64,000 nucleotides of DNA from Candidatus Binatia bacterium (GTDB lineage: Bacteria > Desulfobacterota > Binatia > UBA9968 > CAXXLF01): assembly GCA_963664015.2 (NCBI GenBank), contig CAXXLF010000002.1:1984001-2048000 (forward strand). Direction: 5' to 3'. The notes beneath the pieces were generated by a model. That model saw nothing but the letters and a program-made list of their open reading frames with translations, was not told where the DNA came from and ran no database searches. Each line of letters begins with the position of its first letter. The first letter of the stretch is position 1. Shown piece after piece: positions 37,413 to 45,461 of this stretch. The translations under genes and the position numbers were made by a program.

Positions 37413-39686
37413 TCAATCCTCGACGGCCTGGATCGAATAATCACACTCTTCCTTACGGCAACGGTGGACCTTACCGACCTTCTTGGTAACTTTCTCGAGG
37501 AGAATGGGTTCGGAGCACTTGGGACATGGCTTCCCCACAGGCTTCTCCCACGATGCACAATGGCAATCGGGATAACGATCGCATGCGTAAAATATCTTTC
37601 CGCGCCGAGACTTTTTTTCCTGGAGGTTCCCTTCCTTACAATCGGGACATTTGATGTCCAGCGCGGTGGGCTTTACCAGCGGGCGCAAATTCTTGCACTC
37701 GGGATAGCCGCTGCAGCCCAAGAATCGGCCGTATTTACCCCAACGGATTTTCAGAGGGCGCCCGCACTTCTCGCAGATCTCGCCCGTCTTTTCGTCTTCC
37801 ACTGTGATTTTTCCCCGCTCACCGCGGGTAAAGTTCTTGGTGTTCTTACATTCGGGATAGCTGGGGCAGGCGAGGAATTCGCCGTTGCGGCCCCATTTGA
37901 TGACCATCATGGCATTGCATTTCTCGCAGGCGATCTCCGTGGGGGTCTCTTCGCGCTTGACGTCCCGCATCTCGGTCTCGGCCTTTACCAGGTCCTTCTT
38001 GAAGGACTTGTAAAAGCGCTTCATGGCCTTGGTCCAGTCTTCCTTCCCCGCTTCGATCTTATCTAAGATAACTTCCATCCCTGCCGTGAACTCTACATTG
38101 AGAATGTCGGAAAAACTTTCTACCAAGAGATCGGTGATGAGCATCCCCAGTTCCGATGGGATTAGGGTTCTTCGCTCGTCCTGGGAAACATACTCTCGGC
38201 TCAAAATATTGGAAACGATTGTGGCGTAGGTCGAGGGACGCCCGATTCCCTTTTCATCCAGTTCCTTGATCAGGGTTGCCTGGGAAAAACGGGGTGGTGG
38301 CTGGGTAAAGTGTTGGCCGGGTTCGAGGGAGTGCAGCTTAAGTGGGTCGCCGGCCTTGAGATCGGGAAGCGTGGCCTCCTTCTCTTCCTCCTCATCGTCT
38401 TTCCCTTCGCTGTACACCTTCATGAATCCATCGAACTTGAGCTGCTGGCCATTAGCCCGAAAAACACTCTCGCCGACATGAATATCGAATGCCGTCTGAT
38501 CGAAGATAGCGGCCAACATTTGACTGGCGACGAAGCGATCCCAGATCAGTTTGTAAAGCGCATAGACCTCCCGGGGTAGAAAACTGCGCACCCGATCCGG
38601 GGGATAGTCCATGGAGGTCGGACGAATTGCCTCGTGAGCGTCCTGAGCGCCTTTCTTAGAACGGTACTGGACCGGTTTTTCCGGTAAATAGTTTTTCCCG
38701 TATTGTTTCTGAATTAATCGGCGCACGTCCTGGACGGCATCGGGAGAGATGCGGGTAGAGTCGGTTCGCATATAGGTAATCAAACCGACGGCCCCTTCTG
38801 TCCCCAACTCGACTCCTTCGTAGAGCTTTTGCGCGTTTTGCATCGTACGCCGGGGTTGGAATCCCAACTTCCGGGAGGCCTCCTGCTGGAGTTTACTGGT
38901 AATGAACGGTGGAGTGGGAAAGCGGCGGCGTTCTTTTTTTTCCACCTTCTGGATCGCCCAGGGTAAATTCTGCACCGCCTGAGCGATCTCGCTAACCTGC
39001 GATTCGTTCTCGATACGAACCTTTTTGTTGTCGATCTTGTTCCCCTGCCACTGGAGGAGTTTTGCCTCGAATTGGTCGCCCACATCACCCTGCAACAGAG
39101 CGGTGAGAGACCAGTACTCCACAGCCACGAAGGCGCGAATCTCTTTTTCCCGTTCACAGACCAGTCTCAGGGCCACCGATTGGACCCGACCCGCGCTGAG
39201 CCCACGGCGCACTTTCTTCCACAGGATGGGGCTGATTTGGTAGCCCACCAACCGGTCCAGGACACGCCGAGCGATTTGCGCTTCGAATTTTTTACGGTCC
39301 AGTTTCTGAGGGTGGGCAATGGCCTCTTGCACTGCCTTACGAGTGATCTCATTGATCAAGAGACGATGGATTTGGCTGCCGTTCTGGCCCAATTGATCGG
39401 CGAGGTGCCAGGCGATGGCCTCACCTTCGCGATCTGGATCGGAGGCCAGGTAAATATTTTCCTTACCTTTGGAGCTCCGTTTGAGCTCGTCGATGATTTT
39501 CTTTTTCCCCTTGATGACGTGGAAGTCGGGAGTAAAGCTGCCTTCGATGTCGACTCCCAGCTTACTCTTCGGTAGGTCCATAATATGGCCGACCGATGCC
39601 TTGACCGTATAATTTCGGCCCAGGTATTTCTCCAGAGTTTTGGCCTTGGCCGGCGACTCAACGATGACTAGATTTTTTGCTGCCAT
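37413..39686 (-). CDS. topA: DNA topoisomerase I
   Basis: IVESPAKAKT, DPDREGE, SAGRVQS, LITYMRTDS, C-terminal Zn ribbons. Confidence 0.98.
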   Translation of the reverse strand: MAAKNLVIVESPAKAKTLEKYLGRNYTVKASVGHIMDLPKSKLGVDIEGSFTPDFHVIKGKKKIIDELKRSSKGKENIYLASDPDREGEAIAWHLADQLGQNGSQIHRLLINEITRKAVQEAIAHPQKLDRKKFEAQIARRVLDRLVGYQISPILWKKVRRGLSAGRVQSVALRLVCEREKEIRAFVAVEYWSLTALLQGDVGDQFEAKLLQWQGNKIDNKKVRIENESQVSEIAQAVQNLPWAIQKVEKKERRRFPTPPFITSKLQQEASRKLGFQPRRTMQNAQKLYEGVELGTEGAVGLITYMRTDSTRISPDAVQDVRRLIQKQYGKNYLPEKPVQYRSKKGAQDAHEAIRPTSMDYPPDRVRSFLPREVYALYKLIWDRFVASQMLAAIFDQTAFDIHVGESVFRANGQQLKFDGFMKVYSEGKDDEEEEKEATLPDLKAGDPLKLHSLEPGQHFTQPPPRFSQATLIKELDEKGIGRPSTYATIVSNILSREYVSQDERRTLIPSELGMLITDLLVESFSDILNVEFTAGMEVILDKIEAGKEDWTKAMKRFYKSFKKDLVKAETEMRDVKREETPTEIACEKCNAMMVIKWGRNGEFLACPSYPECKNTKNFTRGERGKITVEDEKTGEICEKCGRPLKIRWGKYGRFLGCSGYPECKNLRPLVKPTALDIKCPDCKEGNLQEKKSRRGKIFYACDRYPDCHCASWEKPVGKPCPKCSEPILLEKVTKKVGKVHRCRKEECDYSIQAVED

Positions 39687-39726
39687 AAAGAGTTTTTACC
39701 TTTGTTCTATGACGGGTCAGGTCCCA

Positions 39727-40215
39727 CTAGTGTACAATAAACCTTTTGCCAGGCAACTGTCTAAGCATTCCTTTAAGCTCCAGATCCTAAAGGATCTCTG
39801 ATACCTGGGCGGAAGATAACCCCGTGGCCTCGATCACCTCGTCTATCTGGAGAGGGGATTGCTTGACCAGTTCGAAAACCGTCTTTGCTTCCGGTCTGGC
39901 ATCCGGAGCGAGAGCCGGGGGGGAGTTTTCATGGTCGTAGGAAATCATGGTGGCCCCAAGCTCGGCGAGCTGGTCCATCTCGGTTCTCATCCGATCCCAA
40001 TCGGAAAAACTTCGCAGCCCCTCGATCACCCGGGCTTCGAGACCGGGAATCCGGGCAAGGTCTTCGTCGGGTATGCTAAAAACTCTCCGTGGATTCCCCA
40101 AATGATCGACGATTCTCTTGAAACTTACGCATCCCAACCCTTTGACGTGCTTGAGCGCCAGCCAGGGAAGATTTTTCCCCTCATCGGAAGTTAGTGCCGG
40201 CAATTCTCTTTGCAT
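39727..40215 (-). pseudogene. dprA: DNA processing protein DprA, internally deleted and with a nonsense codon
   Basis: N-terminal WLAL..VKGLG SAM domain joined directly to winged-helix IDEVI...SEIL*DLELKGMLRQLPGKRF; Rossmann core absent; canonical position upstream of topA. Confidence 0.85.
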
Positions 40216-40352
40216 CCCATCCCTGCAACCATGTTAACCCTTCGTAGTTTTACCCAATACCTGGAATTTTGATCTTAGCTGCTTATCAGAGTCGCTGCAA
40301 AAGGGAAAGTCCCCACCATATCCGATTCCAAGTGCTCTTCTCGATGACGCTT

Positions 40353-40844
40353 TTACGTCATTACACTTAATAAGTTGCTTTTTTCCATCTCCAGCAGCTT
40401 TCGTTTCAACTGGAGCCCAAGGGCGTAGCCTCCCAGGGTGCCATCGCTACAAACCACTCGATGACAGGGAATGAGAATAGGCACGGGATTACGGGCCAGC
40501 GCGTTGCCAACGGCCCGTGTCGCCCTGGGCCTTCCGATGCGCTTGGCGATCCAGCGATAACTTCTCACCTCGCCGTAGGGGATCTGACTGGCCGCCCGGA
40601 GTACAGCGTGGGTAAAAGGGGTCAGGCCCCGAAGATCGTAGGGTATGGAAAATGAACGGACACGGCCGCGCAGATAATCACCCAGTTCCTTCTCGCCTCT
40701 GGCCTTCCATTGCCGTGCAAGGGGATGACCCGGGTCTTGCCTTTCTTGCCAGCCATCTCCTTTGTGAATTCGGCGCACGCCTATGAGGCCGTCTTGGGTT
40801 CCAGAAACAAACATCCGTGGGGTCTCTTGTCCCTTGGATTTCAT
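40353..40844 (-). CDS. ogt: Methylated-DNA-protein-cysteine methyltransferase
   Basis: IPYGEVRSY, RAVGNA, NPVPILIPCHRV, GGY. Confidence 0.93.
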   Translation of the reverse strand: MKSKGQETPRMFVSGTQDGLIGVRRIHKGDGWQERQDPGHPLARQWKARGEKELGDYLRGRVRSFSIPYDLRGLTPFTHAVLRAASQIPYGEVRSYRWIAKRIGRPRATRAVGNALARNPVPILIPCHRVVCSDGTLGGYALGLQLKRKLLEMEKSNLLSVMT

Positions 40845-40846
40845 TT

Positions 40847-42262
40847 TTATTTTCCCTTTCTACTTTCTCGCCGGTTCTTAAATTGGGTTCGAATGGGAGA
40901 ATTCTCAAGACCCAGAGACTCGCGCAGCTGATGGATGAGATACCGCTCGTAATGAACCGGGACACCGCTGGCAGAATTAACAAAAAGAGTAAAGGTCGGC
41001 GGACAAATACCGGTCTGCGTGGCGTAGTAAAACTTGACCTCCCGGCCGCGATAGGAGGGGGGAGGGTGCCGCCGTACGATCTCACCCAGCATTTGATTCA
41101 GTGCTGAAGTCCGGACCCAGCGCTGTTGGGCTGATGCGACCCGCTTGACTGCATCCATCAGAATGGGCAAGCCGTGTCCGGTCAAAGCTGAAGTGCTTAC
41201 GAAAGGGGCAAAGTCCAAGAAGGCGGGCTTGTCCGAGTCCGTCTCCCCAAGGGTTAGTGCCGACTTGGCTTCTTCGGATAGTAGGTCCCATTTGTTTACG
41301 GCCACCACCAACCCCTTGCCACGCTCCACCGCATAGGACATGATGTGGGCGTCCTGGGTCGTAATACCCTCAGGGCCGTCTAACAGGTGAACAATCACAT
41401 CGCCCCGGTCCACAGACCGTAGTGATCGAAGCACGCTCGTTCGCTCGACACGGTCGATGATCCTTGCCTTGCGTCTGATTCCCGCCGTGTCCACCAGCGT
41501 ATAGTGGTCGCTACCCCAGGTGAAAGGACTGTCCAGGGCATCGCGAGTCGTTCCCGGTTGGTCATCTACCACGGCTCGGTGGACGCCCAGCAACCGATTG
41601 ACCAGAGTCGACTTTCCCACGTTGGGCCGTCCCACGACGGCCAGGCGCAGTGTCGTGGAATCTGCCCCATCGGTTCCCCGTTGCTCATCCAGGTTGGAGA
41701 GGGCTCCCATTGTCCGATCCATTAACTCGCCGAGACCGATACCATGTTCTGCGGAAACGGGGAAGAGCTCAGCCAAGCCCAAATTGAAAAAATCGTAAAG
41801 AAGGGGTTCCTTTGTTTTGGTGTCGATCTTGTTGACGGCAAAGAAAACCGGTTTTTTGACCTGTCTGAGCAACTTCACGGCTTCCCAATCCAGCGGATTC
41901 AAACCTGCCCGGCCATCAAAAAGGAACACAATGACATCGGCTTCGTCAATGGCTAGACGGCTCTGCTCCTGAATTTGTTTTTTCAGGTCCGTGTCCGGAT
42001 CCGATTCAAAACCCCCGGTATCGATCAAGAGAAAACTCTTGCCGTGCCAGTTGGCCTCCCCGTAATTGCGGTCCCGCGTTACTCCCGGCAGGTTGTGCAC
42101 GATGGCGTTCTTTCCTCCCGTAAGGCGGTTGAATAGGGTGGACTTTCCCACATTGGGTCTTCCCACGATAGCCACGAGCCCCAAGGTTCGTCCTGGTGAT
42201 GTCTCCTCAACGTGAGCTGCCATGGTGTTTGGTATCGAGTCCTTAATCATCCGGGTCGCCAT
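40847..42262 (-). CDS. der: Ribosome biogenesis GTPase Der (EngA)
   Basis: Two GRPNVGKS P-loops, DTGG/DTAG, NKID/NKWD, KH-like tail; start may be ATG at 42223. Confidence 0.96.
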   Translation of the reverse strand: MATRMIKDSIPNTMAAHVEETSPGRTLGLVAIVGRPNVGKSTLFNRLTGGKNAIVHNLPGVTRDRNYGEANWHGKSFLLIDTGGFESDPDTDLKKQIQEQSRLAIDEADVIVFLFDGRAGLNPLDWEAVKLLRQVKKPVFFAVNKIDTKTKEPLLYDFFNLGLAELFPVSAEHGIGLGELMDRTMGALSNLDEQRGTDGADSTTLRLAVVGRPNVGKSTLVNRLLGVHRAVVDDQPGTTRDALDSPFTWGSDHYTLVDTAGIRRKARIIDRVERTSVLRSLRSVDRGDVIVHLLDGPEGITTQDAHIMSYAVERGKGLVVAVNKWDLLSEEAKSALTLGETDSDKPAFLDFAPFVSTSALTGHGLPILMDAVKRVASAQQRWVRTSALNQMLGEIVRRHPPPSYRGREVKFYYATQTGICPPTFTLFVNSASGVPVHYERYLIHQLRESLGLENSPIRTQFKNRRESRKGK

Positions 42263-42273
42263 AGGTGGGTGCC

Positions 42274-43366
42274 TTACTGGGCCAGCAGATAGGCTTCAAT
42301 GAAGCGATCAATATCGCCGTCCAGGACGCCGTCGGCGTTTCCCACTTCCAAATTGGTGCGGTGGTCCTTGACCATCCTGTATGGGTGGAGAGTATAAGAG
42401 CGAATCTGGCTCCCCCACGCAATATCCTTCTTGGTTTTGTGAAAGGACTCCATCTTTTCCTTCTGCTTTTCCAGCTCCAGCTCGTAGAGACGGGATCGAA
42501 GAATTTTCATGGCCATGGCTTTGTTCTTGTGCTGAGAGCGCTCGTTCTGGCAAGCGACAACAATGCCCGTTTCTAGATGGGTGAGACGCACCGCCGAATC
42601 GGTCTTGTTGACATGTTGGCCGCCGGCACCACTGGAACGGTAGGTATCGATCCTTAATTCGGCTTCGTCGATTTCTACGTTGATCGTTTCGTCGATCTCG
42701 GGATAGACAAAAACCGAGGCAAAGGAAGTGTGGCGGCGGGCATTGGTATCGAAGGGGGAGATGCGTACCAAACGGTGGATTCCGGCTTCCGCCTTGAGGT
42801 AGCCGTAGGCGTATTCGCCCTCGACCGTAAACGTCACACTTTTTGCCCCGGCCTCCTCGCCGGGCTGGTATTCTAGGATCTCGGTCTTGTAATGTCTGCG
42901 GTCAGCCCAACGAAGATACATGCGCAGCAGCATTTCAGCCCAGTCCTGAGCTTCAGTGCCGCCCGCTCCAGGATGCAGGCTGACGATGGCGCTCCTCTGA
43001 TCATCGGGGCCGCCCAGGATTTGTTTGAGTTCTATCTTGGGTAGTTCGGATGCGACCTCGGCCACTTTGGCCGCCGCCTCGTTCAATGCCGCGTCGCTAT
43101 CTCCCGGTACCGCCAACTCGATATAGATGCGTGCCTCGTCGAGAGCCGACTTCTGCTTTTGCCAGCTTGCCACGGCCTCTTGGATCGTAGCCTGTTCTTT
43201 TAAATGGGCCTGGGCTTTTTCTGTATCGTTCCAGAATTCGGGGCGGGAAATTATCTGGTTAAGCTCATCGAGCCTTTTCTGCTTCGTATCGAGGTCAAAG
43301 ACGCCTCCCGATGAGATCAAGCCTCTCTTCCAATTGGTCTAGCTGTTCCTTGGTTTCGTCCAACAT
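42274..43366 (-). CDS. prfB: Peptide chain release factor 2, +1 programmed frameshift at codon 23/24
   Basis: MLDETKEQLDQLEERLDLIGRRL then CTT TGA C; SPF and GGQ motifs in the +1 frame. Confidence 0.97.
43294..43309 (-). promoter_or_regulatory. prfB autoregulatory frameshift site
   Basis: GGGAGG-CGT-CTT TGA C: internal Shine-Dalgarno 3 nt before the slippery CTT-TGA. Confidence 0.95.
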
Positions 43367-43615
43367 GACTCTTCCTCATGATCCTTATAGATACGGTTCG
43401 AATTTTTGATTAGCTTTATCCGCCTTCGCAAAAGACCATAGGCTGTTGCCCATGGATGAATGCGATGGACGGACCCTCCGCCCTGCGGCCCAAAGCCTTC
43501 GGGCGACGGGCCGCAGTTCCAAGAGCGAATGGGGGTGCTTCAGCGTGTTCCGCCGAAGGCAAGGAACTATACCATATACCACGGTCCTAAACCCGTGGAG
43601 GCTTTATTATAGCTG

Positions 43616-44056
43616 TTACTTGCCGGACTCACAAAGTGCCCGCTGGACCTTCTTTTCTATGCGTTGCATGCGGCGGGCCTCCAGGGCCGAGACCTCATGG
43701 TCGTAACCCAGCAGATGGAGAATCCCATGGATCAGCAGGGTTTCGAGTTCCCCATCAAGAGTTTTATGGTGCTCTCGCGCCTGGCTCTGGGCCTTTTCGA
43801 TGGATATGATCACGTCGCCCAGGACCGGCTCCCTCTGGGGGAGGTCGGCTCCGGTGGGGAATGATAAGACATCCGTCGGTTCGTCCTTATGGCGATAACG
43901 TCGGTTGAGTTTACGGATCTCACGGTTCCCTACCAGGGCAAGACTCAATTCGGCTTGATCCTGGCGGAGGACCCTCAATATTCGTACCGCCTTACCCTTG
44001 AGCCTGCGCGCGGTGGTCGGTCGCCCCTTGCCCTGGGTTACAATATCAACGCTCAT
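43616..44056 (-). CDS. ybeY: rRNA maturation endoribonuclease
   Basis: PTDVLSF, LGDVIIS, HGILHLLGYDH. Confidence 0.96.
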   Translation of the reverse strand: MSVDIVTQGKGRPTTARRLKGKAVRILRVLRQDQAELSLALVGNREIRKLNRRYRHKDEPTDVLSFPTGADLPQREPVLGDVIISIEKAQSQAREHHKTLDGELETLLIHGILHLLGYDHEVSALEARRMQRIEKKVQRALCESGK

Positions 44057-44120
44057 TAGTTAAAATTATTAAGAAATACTTAACCGCAGATTTTCGCAGT
44101 TTAACGCGGATCCGGCCATC

Positions 44121-44277
44121 TCACCGCAGAGATCGCAGAGTTATGGTCTTTTTTGTTTGTCGGGAGACGACGACAAACAAAAACGTTTCTTTCCTGAAGG
44201 CCAAGACTTTTGCCCAATCGTCGTCTCCCGATTGGGCAAAACGAATCCTTTCAGCGTACTCTGTGTCTCTGCGGTGA
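44121..44277. mobile_element. MITE-like element with terminal inverted repeats and twin internal hairpins
   Basis: TIR TCACCGCAGAGA...TCTCTGCGGTGA; two perfect 13-bp stems (44150-44183, 44208-44241) with loops GGAGACGA and TCGTCTCC. Confidence 0.65.
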
Positions 44278-44327
44278 ATATTCTTAAAAGACTTTCCGAG
44301 TACGGGGTGAATAGGGATGGATCGGGC

Positions 44328-45392
44328 TCAGGGTTCGGGCTTTTCAGGGTCATTCTCTTTTGCGGTTGTCCGGTTCCCATCGGACTCGTAGGCGGAAATA
44401 ATAGCCTGGACCAAACGGTGGCGAGCCACGTCCTGTTCAGTAAAAGTAACGAACTTGATGCCCTCGACCCCATTCAGGATCCGCCAGGCCTCTTTAAGCC
44501 CTGATGGTTTTCCCGCAGGCAAATCGATCTGGGTAACGTCTCCCGTAATCACTGCCTTGGAGCCGCGGCCGAGGCGGGTTAAAAACATCTTCATCTGCTC
44601 CGGTGTCGTGTTTTGGGCCTCGTCGAGGATCACGAAGGAGTCGTTAAGGGTGCGCCCGCGCATAAAGGCAAGGGGGGCTACCTCGATGGTGCCACGCTCC
44701 ACGAGACGATGGGCCTTGTCGAAGTCCACCATGTCATGCAAGGCATCGTAGAGCGGACGGAGGTAAGGATTCACTTTCTCTGCCAAGTCGCCTGGTAAAA
44801 AGCCCAGTTTTTCTCCCGCCTCGACAGCCGGGCGAGTCAGGATGATCCGCACGTAGTTGTTCTTCATCAACTCGGCCACTGCCATGGCCATGGCCAGATA
44901 GGTTTTTCCTGTCCCCGCAGGCCCGATGCCGAAGACGATATCGAAACGGCGAATGGTGTCGATATAAACCTTCTGGGCAACGCTCTTTGGGGTTATGGTA
45001 CGCTTGTGTGATGAGATGTAGATGGTATCAAGAAAAATATCCTGCAGATAAGCTCGCCCGTTGCCACTCAGAATGCGAATGCTGTAGTCTACATCGCTGC
45101 CGTAAACCGGATAGCCCTTTTCCAATAGTCCATACAGCTGTTGCATGACTTTAGCGGCAAGTTCGGCCTCCAGGGGATTACCCGTGATGTCCATCTCGCA
45201 TCCCCGGGCTTGGATATGTACCCCCAGGCTTTGCTGAACTATCTTGACGTGTTCGTCGTGTTCGCCTAGCAGGTCTCGGAAGATTCGCTGGTCGGAAAAG
45301 GCCAAATGGATAGGGGTACTCTCTTCCGACGAAGTCTGTTTAGTTTTTCCAGATTTCACACGTTTTCTCCGAAAAAGGGTTAAGGATGTCAC
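44328..45392 (-). CDS. phoH: PhoH-like ATPase (YbeZ)
   Basis: GPAGTGKT, RPAVEAGEKLGFLPG, FMRGRT, DEAQN, GDVTQIDL; start may be slightly downstream. Confidence 0.95.
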   Translation of the reverse strand: MTSLTLFRRKRVKSGKTKQTSSEESTPIHLAFSDQRIFRDLLGEHDEHVKIVQQSLGVHIQARGCEMDITGNPLEAELAAKVMQQLYGLLEKGYPVYGSDVDYSIRILSGNGRAYLQDIFLDTIYISSHKRTITPKSVAQKVYIDTIRRFDIVFGIGPAGTGKTYLAMAMAVAELMKNNYVRIILTRPAVEAGEKLGFLPGDLAEKVNPYLRPLYDALHDMVDFDKAHRLVERGTIEVAPLAFMRGRTLNDSFVILDEAQNTTPEQMKMFLTRLGRGSKAVITGDVTQIDLPAGKPSGLKEAWRILNGVEGIKFVTFTEQDVARHRLVQAIISAYESDGNRTTAKENDPEKPEP

Positions 45393-45461
45393 AGATGCCG
45401 CACATACCTTGGGTTTCCACCTCGAATCTGCTGGTTCGAATTTTCACCGTCAGCAACGGCT

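Noticed and set aside
5755-39789. In-frame TAG codons in the hydrolase and dprA suggesting amber recoding or pyrrolysine
   Set aside because: Many intact genes here end at TAG at the expected position, both genes have independent deletions, and no pyl genes are visible
43400-43585. 6S RNA
   Set aside because: Multibranch rather than one long rod with central bubble, and not in the usual context; kept only as an unassigned structured element
44141-44504. ORFs of 110 and 115 aa across the phoH-ybeY gap
   Set aside because: Translations of the palindromic element and the phoH end
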